Below, piece after piece: positions 37,383-46,309 of a stretch of DNA of 64,000 nucleotides; positions within the stretch are counted from its first letter, which is position 1, and the number at the start of each line of letters is the position of its first letter. The position numbers and the translations under genes are program-made. The notes under the pieces were generated by a model that saw only the letters and a program-made list of their open reading frames with translations, searched no databases and was not told the DNA's origin. Origin of the DNA: an uncultured Candidatus Saccharibacteria bacterium (GTDB lineage: Bacteria > Patescibacteriota > Saccharimonadia > Saccharimonadales > Saccharimonadaceae); the NCBI GenBank assembly GCA_963515045.1, contig CAUPWH010000001.1:127118-191117 (forward strand), read 5' to 3'.

Positions 37383-38987
37383 ATGCGTAAATATATCAAT
37401 TGGCTGCAAAATGCGCCAAAGCAGTTTTATGCGCTGGCTATGATCGCGGCGGTGTCCGCAGCTTTGCCTGTCGCATTGAACGCTTTGGGTCCGGCAAACA
37501 ACACGGACGCAGCTTTTACTATCGATAAGAAAGTTCGAGTCGCTGGTACAGCTGAATGGAAAGATAGTACCACCGCCAAACCAGGCGATACTGTCGAATA
37601 CCAAGTAACCTACACCAACAAAAGTAAAATTCGCCAACTCAATGTGGCTTTACGCGATAAAATGGGCAAAGGTTTGCGGTACGTAGCTAATTCATCTGTC
37701 TTAAACGGCACTAAATTATCTGACAAACTCATGGAAAGTGGCGTAAATCTCGGACATCACGATTCGGGTGATAATGCCGTCGTTTACTACAAAGCCGTCA
37801 TTCCTAATAAAGAGAACTTGTCATGCGGCACGACGGTGCTAAAAAATACCGCCACCATTAACGTCGGCAACACTCCTAAAAGCGACGAAGCGACAGTTAC
37901 CGTAGAAAACGAATGCGCGCAGGCTCCAATTTACAAGTGTAACTCGCTAACCATTGAGAAGATTTCTCAAGATGACTTCAAGTTTTCCGTACAATACACA
38001 GCATCAAACGGCGCAGTGTTTAAGAAGGTAGTGTACAAGGTTTATGATGCCAATAACAATGAAGTTTATAGCTCAGACAAAGGCAACTTCAATGGCTTTA
38101 AGCCAGGCAAATATACCGCCAAAGCTTTCATTACCGTAGCAGTAGACGGCTCAGAAAAGACCGTCACCAGCGAAACTTGCGAAAAGCAATTCGTTATCGA
38201 TGGACAGACCACTCCTAAAAAATCAAGTGTTAAAATCGACAAGCTGGTGGAAAACACCGAACAAAAAGCAGTTGGTGTCAATAAAGAATTCACTTATCAA
38301 ATTAAAGTCACTAACAATGGCGAAACCAATCTTAAAAACGTCGCTGTCACCGACAATGCGCCAGCAGGCATAACCTTCACTAAGGCTAGCGCTGGCGCGC
38401 TAAAAGACAACAAGTGGAACTACACTATCGCTGAATTACAGCCTGGACAATCTGTAAGCTTTACAATTACCGCGAAAGCTCCGGCTGCTGTAAATGGCGC
38501 AGTTAAAAACACCGCCTGCGCAGATATCCCGGAAACCGCGGCAAATGCGCCGGACAGCTGCGACAGTGCAACTGTGACAGTTGAGGCGGCAAATAATAAT
38601 CAAAAACCGACAGAGCCGAATGACAATAAGAATCCAGCAAAGCCGTCAAAACCAACAGAGCCGGCGAAACCATCAACACCAACTAACCCGAATCCAAAAG
38701 CTCCGTCAAACCCTACAAACCCTTCGACGCCGACGACGCCATCAAACCCGACGCCGACGACACCAAGCAAGCCTTCAGCCCCAACTTCCCCATCTCCGAC
38801 GCAGCCGTCGTCTACAACAACCCCACCCCCATCGACAACAAACACCGAATCAACAGTAAAAAACCCTTCAGCAGGACCGGCTGCTTTGCCAAAAACCGGC
38901 ATGAATGACCCGCTAGTTGGCGGACTTGGACTCGGCGCATTGATGACAGCCGGTCTAGCCTACGCCATTAGCCGGCGTCGTATATAG
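37383..38987 (+). CDS. LPXTG-anchored surface protein with DUF11-type repeat domains and a Pro/Thr-rich stalk
   Basis: AAGGAGG lies 6 nt before ATG 37383. Signal peptide; GDTVEYQVTYTN and EFTYQIKVTNNGETNLKNVAVTD (DUF11-like). Long PTxP stalk, then LPKTG plus hydrophobic stretch plus RRRI. Confidence 0.8.
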   Translation: MRKYINWLQNAPKQFYALAMIAAVSAALPVALNALGPANNTDAAFTIDKKVRVAGTAEWKDSTTAKPGDTVEYQVTYTNKSKIRQLNVALRDKMGKGLRYVANSSVLNGTKLSDKLMESGVNLGHHDSGDNAVVYYKAVIPNKENLSCGTTVLKNTATINVGNTPKSDEATVTVENECAQAPIYKCNSLTIEKISQDDFKFSVQYTASNGAVFKKVVYKVYDANNNEVYSSDKGNFNGFKPGKYTAKAFITVAVDGSEKTVTSETCEKQFVIDGQTTPKKSSVKIDKLVENTEQKAVGVNKEFTYQIKVTNNGETNLKNVAVTDNAPAGITFTKASAGALKDNKWNYTIAELQPGQSVSFTITAKAPAAVNGAVKNTACADIPETAANAPDSCDSATVTVEAANNNQKPTEPNDNKNPAKPSKPTEPAKPSTPTNPNPKAPSNPTNPSTPTTPSNPTPTTPSKPSAPTSPSPTQPSSTTTPPPSTTNTESTVKNPSAGPAALPKTGMNDPLVGGLGLGALMTAGLAYAISRRRI

Positions 38988-39037
38988 AGACTGACCGCTC
39001 CAAAATCTTTTTCTGAAGCGTTCAGTTTCAGATAGTG

Positions 39038-39070
39038 CACTCCCTGTTTAGCAGGGAGTGTCTTTGTTGT
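39038..39070 (+). terminator. rho-independent terminator
   Basis: CACTCCCTG-TTTAG-CAGGGAGTG stem-loop followed by TCTTTGTTGT. Confidence 0.7.
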
Positions 39071-39083
39071 ATAATAGAAATAT

Positions 39084-39296
39084 ATGGCGAAACATAAGAA
39101 AAAACGCAGCAAGAAATATTCCGGCGTAGACGCCGCTTCTAAGCGTCCAAGCGTTACTAAAATAACCGCCGTCAACCGCTCGAAAACATCGCAGTGGTTG
39201 TTTGATTGGAAGGCACTGCTTAAACCAGCCGGCATAGCCCTAGTTATTATATTAATAATTGTCTTAATTCTGTCGGGGATCTTCCGTTTGTTTTAA
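39084..39296 (+). CDS. small basic protein with a C-terminal TM segment
   Basis: Sequence MAKHKKKRSKKYSG...GIALVIILIIVLILSGIF. No family recognised. Confidence 0.45.
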   Translation: MAKHKKKRSKKYSGVDAASKRPSVTKITAVNRSKTSQWLFDWKALLKPAGIALVIILIIVLILSGIFRLF

Positions 39297-39304
39297 TGTT
39301 TTAC

Positions 39305-40876
39305 CTAAGGTTTACCTGCTGGAATTCTAAATCCAAACACGCTGCCTTTCCCCTCCTCTGATGAAAATATTATTTCTCCGCCATGAAAGAGAATAACTTT
39401 CCTCGCTAAGAATAAACCGACACCAGTTCCGTCCGGTCGTTTTCTCCTAGCATTTGAGCCGCGGAAAAATTTACCAAATAAATTCGGCTGCTCGGCTTTC
39501 GGCACGCCAATACCCGAATCCTTCACTGTAAATTCGATAAAGTCGCCTTTTTTGGACAGGCTTATCGCTACGTCTTTATTAGGCTTGGAATAGTAGATGG
39601 CGTTATCGATCATGTTTAATATAACTTGGCGAATTTTTTCGGCGTCAATTTTAACTTCCGGTATATTTTTATTAATTTTTACTTTCAACTTTACCGACCG
39701 CTGGCTAGCCACCACTTTCAATAGAGCAACCTCTTCTTTTATAATTTGCGCAATGTCGGTTTTTTGCTTGTCAATCACAAATTTGCCAGTTTGCAGGCGC
39801 GAGACATTCAAAAAATCGTTAATTAGCCGCACCATTCGCTCGCTGGAAGAAAAAGCCTCCCTTAGAACAGCCTTCTGAGTTGACGAGACTCTACCCAAAT
39901 CACCCTCAAGCAGCATATCCAAATACCCCTTAATACTCGTTAGCGGCGTTCTTAACTGGTGCGACGCCATTGAAATAAACTCATTCTTTGACTCGTCAAG
40001 CCGTTGAAGCTGGCGATTAGTTAGTCTCAACTCTTTGGTTGATTCGTCAATTTTACGCTGCAAAGTATCGTTCAGCCGCTTAATTTCCTCCACCGACAGA
40101 GCGTTCTGAATCGAGATCGCCAATTCACTAGCCACCGACTCCAGAATACAGATATTCCGCCGGCTATATTTACGCCCTTTACGCTCGCCTAAAAATAGTA
40201 TGCCCGCCTCGCGGTCTTGCTGCATCAAAGGAATTGCCACCGCAGTTTTATGCAGCTTAAATAACTTTTGCAAACTTTTATCTTTAATATCTTTGGTAAT
40301 AATCGCCTCGGGAAAACTATAATGCTTCCAATAGTACTGCATAATTTTTCGCGTATCATCTTCAATTACCGCATAGCGCCGGCGTCCAGCCCGGCCGTAA
40401 ATGCCTTTACTAGGAATACAAAACGTAACTTTTTCCAGTTCAAATTCCCGCATAATATAGCTGCTGATTCGCCTGAGTAATAGCTGCAAGTCAGTAGTTT
40501 GCGCTAATATAGCCGATAAACCTTGGGAGAAATCTTCAAAATTACACTCGTTGCGATAAAATATTTTATCAGTATACGTGTCAAAAAACTTTTTTATCGG
40601 CTGAAAAAGAAATGCCAAAACCACCGCCAGAATAACATCTATTGGCTCCAGGCTAGACCCCAGCGCAATATTTTCGTACAAAAGCAGCTTGGATATCGCA
40701 TAGGACAAAACAAAATAAATACCAGCCAAAGAGCCAATCAGCAGCACATAGACGACGCCGCGCGTTAGCGCCGCCTTAGCACCTATTTTTTTATAGCGGG
40801 AAACCGAAACATGGATAGCAACCGCCGCTAATATAACCGCCAGAGCAACCATAAGAATAGGATTGTGCGCTGTCAT
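39305..40876 (-). CDS. sensor histidine kinase (TM, GAF-like, HisKA, HATPase_c)
   Basis: H box SHQLRTPLTSIKGYLDML, N box NMIDNAIYY, G boxes DSGIGV / GTGVGL. Start taken at MTAHN (40876). Confidence 0.85.
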   Translation of the reverse strand: MTAHNPILMVALAVILAAVAIHVSVSRYKKIGAKAALTRGVVYVLLIGSLAGIYFVLSYAISKLLLYENIALGSSLEPIDVILAVVLAFLFQPIKKFFDTYTDKIFYRNECNFEDFSQGLSAILAQTTDLQLLLRRISSYIMREFELEKVTFCIPSKGIYGRAGRRRYAVIEDDTRKIMQYYWKHYSFPEAIITKDIKDKSLQKLFKLHKTAVAIPLMQQDREAGILFLGERKGRKYSRRNICILESVASELAISIQNALSVEEIKRLNDTLQRKIDESTKELRLTNRQLQRLDESKNEFISMASHQLRTPLTSIKGYLDMLLEGDLGRVSSTQKAVLREAFSSSERMVRLINDFLNVSRLQTGKFVIDKQKTDIAQIIKEEVALLKVVASQRSVKLKVKINKNIPEVKIDAEKIRQVILNMIDNAIYYSKPNKDVAISLSKKGDFIEFTVKDSGIGVPKAEQPNLFGKFFRGSNARRKRPDGTGVGLFLARKVILFHGGEIIFSSEEGKGSVFGFRIPAGKP

Positions 40877-40927
40877 GCTAATGTTTATTATAACATCCAA
40901 CCCGGTAATTCATGCTATACTTTTATT

Positions 40928-41302
40928 ATGATAAAGATTGTTATTATTGAAGACGATCCAACCATCAGCCAGATGTACCGTATAAAATTTGAGTCTGATG
41001 GTTTTGAAGTGCATTTGGCAGCAAACGGGCAAATTGGTATTAATGTAGCAGAAAAAGTCCGGCCGGATATAATCTTATTAGATTTGCAAATGCCAGAGAT
41101 GGACGGCACCGAAGCGCTTAAAATAATTCGTTCTCGGAATTGGGGTAAAACCGTGCCAGTTATCATACTAACTAACCTTGGCGAAGAAGAAGCGCCGCAC
41201 GAGCTGCGGAGTCTGGGTGTTGATAGCTACATTGTCAAAGCAAACTACACGCCGCGCCAAGTTGTCGAACAAGTCAAATCAGCCATAAAGATGGCTAACT
41301 GA
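40928..41302 (+). CDS. stand-alone receiver-domain response regulator (CheY-like)
   Basis: IVIIEDD, phospho-acceptor context ILLDLQMPEMDG, LTN, K at VKA. No output domain. TGcTATACT lies 6 nt upstream of the ATG. Confidence 0.8.
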   Translation: MIKIVIIEDDPTISQMYRIKFESDGFEVHLAANGQIGINVAEKVRPDIILLDLQMPEMDGTEALKIIRSRNWGKTVPVIILTNLGEEEAPHELRSLGVDSYIVKANYTPRQVVEQVKSAIKMAN

Positions 41303-41311
41303 TATAAATAT

Positions 41312-42121
41312 CTAATTAGTTTTTACCGGCAATTTTAGGCAGGCGTTAATGACATTGTCAAACAGCGCGGCGACCGTAAGCGGGCCGACACCGCCTTTTT
41401 TAGGCGTGATGGTAATATCATTCCGCCGGCGGACTTCCTCCGCCGTATCGCCAACTATTCTACCGTTTTCCGACGCTGTTCCCGCGTCAATAACCACGGC
41501 TTTCGGTTTTATCATCTGGCTCGTTATTAATCCTGGAACTCCCGTAGCCGACACGATAACGTCATAATTTATCAATTCACTCAAGTCGTCGCCTTTCTCA
41601 AACACCGTAGTATCAACCCCAGAATTCTGCCACATTCGCTCCAGCGGCGCGCCGACCAGCCGTCCGCGCCCCACGATCGCTATTTTTTTTCCTTTCAGCT
41701 CAATACCATAGCCAGCCAGCAGCCAATTGATGGCTATCGGAGTTGCGGCATCAAAAATCGCGTTTCGACACAAACCGTCAACATCCTTCTCTTTATCGAC
41801 GCTTTCTAATAATTCATCTGTTTGCTCTGGATTGTCTACGGGCAATTGGACAATTATTCCTTGCACGTCTTGCCTGATATTCAATTCTTTTATTATATTT
41901 AATGCTTGCCCTGAAGCCGCTCGATGAATTTCCACATCAATTAGAATATCCGCACCGTACCGCTGTTTTAAGCGCATATATGTCTCAATTACTGGATTCT
42001 GAGCGTCCGTCACAATTGCTAAGCGCGGCTGAATATGGCGCGCCTGGCGCAGCGCTCGTACTTGCTTGGCTTGGCGCTCCTTAATGAAACCCGCCAATTC
42101 CGATCCGTTTAGCTCTCTCAT
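41312..42121 (-). CDS. folD: bifunctional methylenetetrahydrofolate dehydrogenase/cyclohydrolase
   Basis: YMRLKQRYG, IIVQLPV, VVGRGRLVG-type NAD(P) motif, GGVGPLTVA. Confidence 0.9.
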   Translation of the reverse strand: MRELNGSELAGFIKERQAKQVRALRQARHIQPRLAIVTDAQNPVIETYMRLKQRYGADILIDVEIHRAASGQALNIIKELNIRQDVQGIIVQLPVDNPEQTDELLESVDKEKDVDGLCRNAIFDAATPIAINWLLAGYGIELKGKKIAIVGRGRLVGAPLERMWQNSGVDTTVFEKGDDLSELINYDVIVSATGVPGLITSQMIKPKAVVIDAGTASENGRIVGDTAEEVRRRNDITITPKKGGVGPLTVAALFDNVINACLKLPVKTN

Positions 42122-42196
42122 TTTACCCAGTATAACAATTACCGCTCCTTGAGTACAGAGATAACCTGTGGTATAATCTGAAAAGCTTGGGTTTCT

Positions 42197-42275
42197 GGCG
42201 GATGTAGCTCAGTTTGGTTAGAGCGCTGGATTGTGGCTCCGGAGGCCGTGGGTTCGAACCCCATCATTCGCCCCA
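42197..42275 (+). tRNA. tRNA-His (anticodon GTG) with encoded G-1 and CCA
   Basis: Cloverleaf with anticodon loop TTGTGGC. The extra 5' G pairs with C73, the His identity element. Confidence 0.9.
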
Positions 42276-42360
42276 AGTCCTATCGCGATTTACTTTTCTG
42301 GCGAATTGTGATATAATAAAAGTATGGACATTCTTATTGATTGTCGTATAATTGAACTAT

Positions 42361-42437
42361 GGGCCAGTAGCTCAGCTGGTTAGAGCACCTGCCTCTTAAG
42401 CAGGGTGTCGAGGGTTCAAGCCCCTCCTGGCCCTCCA
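42361..42437 (+). tRNA. tRNA-Lys (anticodon CTT), CCA encoded
   Basis: GGGCCAG/CTGGCCC acceptor stem, anticodon loop CTCTTAA, T-loop GGTTCAAGCC. Confidence 0.9.
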
Positions 42438-42457
42438 GGATAGAATTTCAACGAAAT

Positions 42458-42486
42458 ATCGCTCCAATAGAGCGATGTTTTGATTT
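42458..42486 (+). terminator. probable rho-independent terminator after the tRNA pair
   Basis: ATCGCT-loop-AGCGAT 6-bp stem followed by GTTTTGATTT. Confidence 0.5.
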
Positions 42487-42558
42487 AACAGCGAGGAGTA
42501 TTTGGATGCTCAACACCCGGCAGCGCGGCCACGAGTAGACCTATACGATCAAATCCCT

Positions 42559-43200
42559 CTACAACACCTCCTGCAGCAATGATAATATAGAAGTCTTTAT
42601 ATCGTCGTCGGCTTTTATCTTCTGCTCTTCATTTAATTCTGTGTAGTATATCCATTCTCCGTTAATATTGAGTTGCATGATTGACGATATGAAATATCCT
42701 GGCACCAGTTCTGGTTTTCGAGATGTACTTACTAAGCGGGCTGGCAATTCCGATGAACTTGCAACAATTTTTATTCTTTGACGATCTGTCTTAGTTTTAT
42801 AGGCGATAGCATGTCCGTAACGAAACATCATTGGAATTATTCCGCCATACTTTTTCGCAAGATCGGTGTAATATTTAATAGCATTGTCATCTGTGAAATT
42901 GCCATATTTCAGCCTCACTGGCTCTTTAATAAATGCGCCTGGATTATCCTCGCTAGCAACTCCCTCAAATGAGATAGTGTCGTCTTGCGTTAAAACTACA
43001 GTACCCTCATCAACATATTGGACATAGCCTAGCGCTTTTTGGGCGGCAATTTCAATCCCAGACCCAGCTGTCTCGGCAGGTTCAGGTAGCTCCGCCAGTA
43101 AATCAGCAAGCGAGACAATCTCTACTGGCGCATCGACCAGCAGCCGTTTGATCCTGGACACTTTGTTGTGATTTGTAGTTGCAATTAGTATTTTTCTCAT
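42559..43200 (-). CDS. Ham1/RdgB-like non-canonical NTP pyrophosphatase family protein (tentative)
   Basis: N-terminal MRKILIATTNHNKVSRIKRLL resembles the ATxNxxK motif of ITPases; the rest is divergent. Start at ATG 43200. Confidence 0.45.
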   Translation of the reverse strand: MRKILIATTNHNKVSRIKRLLVDAPVEIVSLADLLAELPEPAETAGSGIEIAAQKALGYVQYVDEGTVVLTQDDTISFEGVASEDNPGAFIKEPVRLKYGNFTDDNAIKYYTDLAKKYGGIIPMMFRYGHAIAYKTKTDRQRIKIVASSSELPARLVSTSRKPELVPGYFISSIMQLNINGEWIYYTELNEEQKIKADDDIKTSILSLLQEVL

Positions 43201-43281
43201 GATAGTTCCTGTATATTCTGTCATTAACTCTAATCTAGCGTCTGGCGCACGCCGCAAATAAAGCAATTTTTATAAATAGTT

Positions 43282-43686
43282 TTAGGCAAACGGATTATAC
43301 CGAGCTGGCGGCTCCTTAAAGACAATTCGGCCTTTCGCGTTAGTAGAACTACCAGGCTGCCGAGAGCCGGTAGATGAATGTTGAGAGCCAGTAGAGGACT
43401 GTTGAGAACTACCAGGCTGCACGCGATTGAGCTGGCGATTTTGCCCAGGCATCGCCGTACCGCTGCCGCTACTAGCATCACTGCCGCCAACCCGCTGGTT
43501 ACTGCCAATGCTGGAATTTGCCGACATTGAATCGCCGTAACCTTTTATATATTGGCGGTCGGTGTTATGTGTACGGTTCGCAGACGCCATTCTGGTCGTA
43601 CCATACGTTTGCGCATTGGCTGCATGATTAGACATCAGCCTGCTTAATAATTGGCGCGACATTCGCGGTTTGCCGCTCGCATCCAT
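43282..43686 (-). CDS. low-complexity Ser/Gly/Gln-rich basic protein, unknown function
   Basis: Only an ORF in an otherwise empty interval. No motif recognised. Confidence 0.35.
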   Translation of the reverse strand: MDASGKPRMSRQLLSRLMSNHAANAQTYGTTRMASANRTHNTDRQYIKGYGDSMSANSSIGSNQRVGGSDASSGSGTAMPGQNRQLNRVQPGSSQQSSTGSQHSSTGSRQPGSSTNAKGRIVFKEPPARYNPFA

Positions 43687-43720
43687 ATATCCCCCTATTT
43701 GCGATATATAAATATAATAA

Positions 43721-43797
43721 TGGTGCCCCGAGTAGGATTCGAACCTACGGCCTTGAGCTTAGAAGTCTCCTGCTCTATCCAGCTGAGCTATCAGGGC
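43721..43797 (-). tRNA. tRNA-Arg (anticodon TCT), CCA encoded; anticodon stem has two non-Watson-Crick pairs
   Basis: The reverse complement GCCCTGATAGCTCAGCTGGATAGAGCAGGAGACTTCTAAGCTCAAGGCCGTAGGTTCGAATCCTACTCGGGGCACCA has good acceptor, D and T arms. The loop is CTTCTAA. Positions 27-43 are G.A and 31-39 are A.G. Confidence 0.7.
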
Positions 43798-43839
43798 GTA
43801 TTTTCATTATATCATCTTTCTGCTACAATAGAACACATT

Positions 43840-43914
43840 GCGGGTGTAGTACAGCGGCTAGTATGCAAGTTTTCCAAACTTGAGATGGGAGTTCGATTCT
43901 CCCCACCCGCACCA
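43840..43914 (+). tRNA. tRNA-Gly (anticodon TCC), CCA encoded
   Basis: GCGGGTG/CACCCGC acceptor stem, anticodon loop TTTCCAA, T-loop GTTCGATTC. Confidence 0.9.
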
Positions 43915-43924
43915 GGAGATTATC

Positions 43925-44431
43925 TTGCTTAGCTTTTTTAAGCGCCATATATTTTTAATTATTGTTATAGTTGCTATTGTTTTTATGTATCTCGCGGCAG
44001 GTTTGGCGATTGTTTTCTTACGCCCTACACCCGGCAGCGAAGGACTTACAGCCTATCGATTAAATTTGCCAAACCATATAAGCGTAAAAAATGAAAAATT
44101 TGTCCGTATCTACGACAGTTATAAATCTGGGCATATTGAATATCGGATCTGGCTTTCAAGCGGTATTACAGTCACTGAAAAGAAACGATCGCCACTTCGC
44201 ACCTTAAACTGTTCCCAGAAAAAGAAAGATGAAAACTGCCAAAATCTCACTACTAGAGATGGCACGCAGATTCAACTCACTCAAAACAGCAAATCCTCAG
44301 ATTTAACAATTCACGCGATTAAACATGACACCGAATTCTTTCTTACCATTCCGCAGTATCTACGCCAAGCGCATAATAACGTTAATTGGCAGCAGGTTTT
44401 TACCAATATACCCGCAGTTACCGCTAATTAG
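43925..44431 (+). CDS. N-terminally anchored hypothetical protein
   Basis: The ORF-track start (43880) lies inside tRNA-Gly. TTG 43925 follows AGGAGA by 7 nt, and ATG 43985 is the alternative. One TM (IFLIIVIVAIVFMYLAAGLAIVFL). Confidence 0.45.
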   Translation: MLSFFKRHIFLIIVIVAIVFMYLAAGLAIVFLRPTPGSEGLTAYRLNLPNHISVKNEKFVRIYDSYKSGHIEYRIWLSSGITVTEKKRSPLRTLNCSQKKKDENCQNLTTRDGTQIQLTQNSKSSDLTIHAIKHDTEFFLTIPQYLRQAHNNVNWQQVFTNIPAVTAN

Positions 44432-44485
44432 TTAACATGCTTATGCTATAATAAGTAGGTTGTTATTTAATCTATAAAGGGCATC

Positions 44486-46309
44486 ATGGATCTATATTCT
44501 TACACCGATACACCGAAATATCAGCCTCAAGACATTGAGGACGCATCAGAATTTTATAATTTGATTGAACGCAGCAGCCTAACACATCAGCTGTCAGAAA
44601 CGCGGCCGTACGTTTACTGGACGATGGAGATTTACGACAAGGCCAATGGCATTAAGGGCGGCGGCGGTCTCGGTGTTTTGGCGGCGGATACCCGGCGCGT
44701 GGCTGAAAAATTGGAAGTACCGTTCGTGGTAGTGACGCCGTTTTATCGCAGCGAGTCGCACCAAAAAATTGATGATTTGTCGCAGAATGAATACTCGGAA
44801 AAGGTTTCGCCGCAAGATTACGGTTTTGAATACATTGACGAAGTTACTGTCAGTTCGGCAGGCTTCCCCGACTCAAGTTTGAGTATTTTCAGAAAAACGC
44901 TCGGTTCGACGCAATTTATCACAATGTCAGAACCAAATTTCGGACAGTTATACGAAGGCGACGGCTCTGGCGATCATCGCCTGTATCAAGAAGTAGCGCT
45001 AGGCTTCGGCGGCTACAAAGCGCTGAAACTGGTCGGCATTAAGCCAGCTGTCATCCAGCTGAACGAGACGGCAACTATTTTCGCAGCGCTAGCGCGGCTG
45101 GACGAACTGTGCGCAAACGGCATGAATTTATATGAAGCCATTGTCTATGTTCGCAAACATACGCTGTACACTAACCATACATTACTGCAAGCTGCCGAGC
45201 CGGAGTTTAATCGTTCGCAATTTGAAAAACTGGTTTTACCAAACCTAAAAAGCAACGCTGTACGCTGCTGGCTAATGGAGCAATTCCGCAATGACCGCCT
45301 GCGGCCGAATTTACTAGCTATTGAGCTGACCGAGGCAAAAAATGGCGTCAGTAAACTACACGCTCGCGTAGCTGATTTTCGCGATCGCAACAATGATAAA
45401 GTAAAATTCCAAGCGATCACCAATGGCATCGACATGGAAACATGGGTGCTGCCAGAAATTATGAACACTTATTACAGCCAAAACATCATCGATAAGTTTG
45501 GCTTGCCGACAGAAGAGTTCAAAGAACAAATTGATAAAATTGACGCGCCAGCCATTCGCCAACTAAAAAGGCTTGGACGCCAGGAACTGAACAGGATTCT
45601 AGCGGCGCGCAAAGATCAGTATAATGAACCAGTGCAAATTCCTGAAGATGCGGTGCTGTTTGATTTCAAGCGGCGATTCGCCAACTATAAACGCCCGTAT
45701 ATGGCGTTTGAGCAGCCGGAAACTCTGCGCCAGATTTTAATCAACCATAACGCGCACTATATTTTAGCCGGCAAAGTCCACCAGGGCGACACGGCTATGT
45801 ACCAGCGGCTGCTTGACATCCTGAAGCTCGTTGACGGCGATCCAGTTTTACGCGAGCGCGTCCATTACATCCAGGATTATGATGAAGAGCTGGGCCGAGC
45901 TTTGGCAATCGGCTCAGATATTGCGATTAACGTACCGATGATCGGGCTGGAGGCTTGCGGCACGTCGTGGGAAAAAGATATCGCCAACCTTAAATTGCTT
46001 ATCTCTACCAGCGATGGCGGCGTCGCGGATGTCAAACCGATTGCCTGCCTGGAAGTGTCGGGCAATAATTACGATGCCGAAATATCATCGCTGTATGTCA
46101 ATATGCTAAAAGCTGCCGCTGCCGTTAAGAATGACCAATTGTTAGAAAAGACTGTTCGCCGCCAGTTAAAGGCATACCTACCGATCATTTCTGGCACGCG
46201 TATGATGAAAGATTATCTGAAGTTCCTGTTTCCGCAGCACCATTCGCAAAAATCACCAGCACCGCGAAACACGCCAGTGTCCGAACCAAAGAAAACCGCT
46301 ATTCAATAA
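44486..46309 (+). CDS. glgP: alpha-glucan (glycogen/maltodextrin) phosphorylase family, GT35
   Basis: GGGLGVLAAD, YTNHTLLQAAEPEF, NGVSKLHA, ITNGID..TW, and EACGTSWEK at the PLP-lysine region. Confidence 0.75.
   Translation: MDLYSYTDTPKYQPQDIEDASEFYNLIERSSLTHQLSETRPYVYWTMEIYDKANGIKGGGGLGVLAADTRRVAEKLEVPFVVVTPFYRSESHQKIDDLSQNEYSEKVSPQDYGFEYIDEVTVSSAGFPDSSLSIFRKTLGSTQFITMSEPNFGQLYEGDGSGDHRLYQEVALGFGGYKALKLVGIKPAVIQLNETATIFAALARLDELCANGMNLYEAIVYVRKHTLYTNHTLLQAAEPEFNRSQFEKLVLPNLKSNAVRCWLMEQFRNDRLRPNLLAIELTEAKNGVSKLHARVADFRDRNNDKVKFQAITNGIDMETWVLPEIMNTYYSQNIIDKFGLPTEEFKEQIDKIDAPAIRQLKRLGRQELNRILAARKDQYNEPVQIPEDAVLFDFKRRFANYKRPYMAFEQPETLRQILINHNAHYILAGKVHQGDTAMYQRLLDILKLVDGDPVLRERVHYIQDYDEELGRALAIGSDIAINVPMIGLEACGTSWEKDIANLKLLISTSDGGVADVKPIACLEVSGNNYDAEISSLYVNMLKAAAAVKNDQLLEKTVRRQLKAYLPIISGTRMMKDYLKFLFPQHHSQKSPAPRNTPVSEPKKTAIQ

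Noticed and set aside
38581-38902. Alternative-frame ORFs (92 aa +, 100 aa -) inside the Pro/Thr-rich stalk of the LPXTG protein
   Set aside because: They are artefacts of the repetitive CCx/ACx coding repeat. The LPXTG-terminated frame is the coherent one.
43651-43932. 93-aa + strand ORF, and the first 15 codons of ORF 43880-44431
   Set aside because: Both run straight through tRNA-Arg(TCT) and tRNA-Gly(TCC), so they are spurious.
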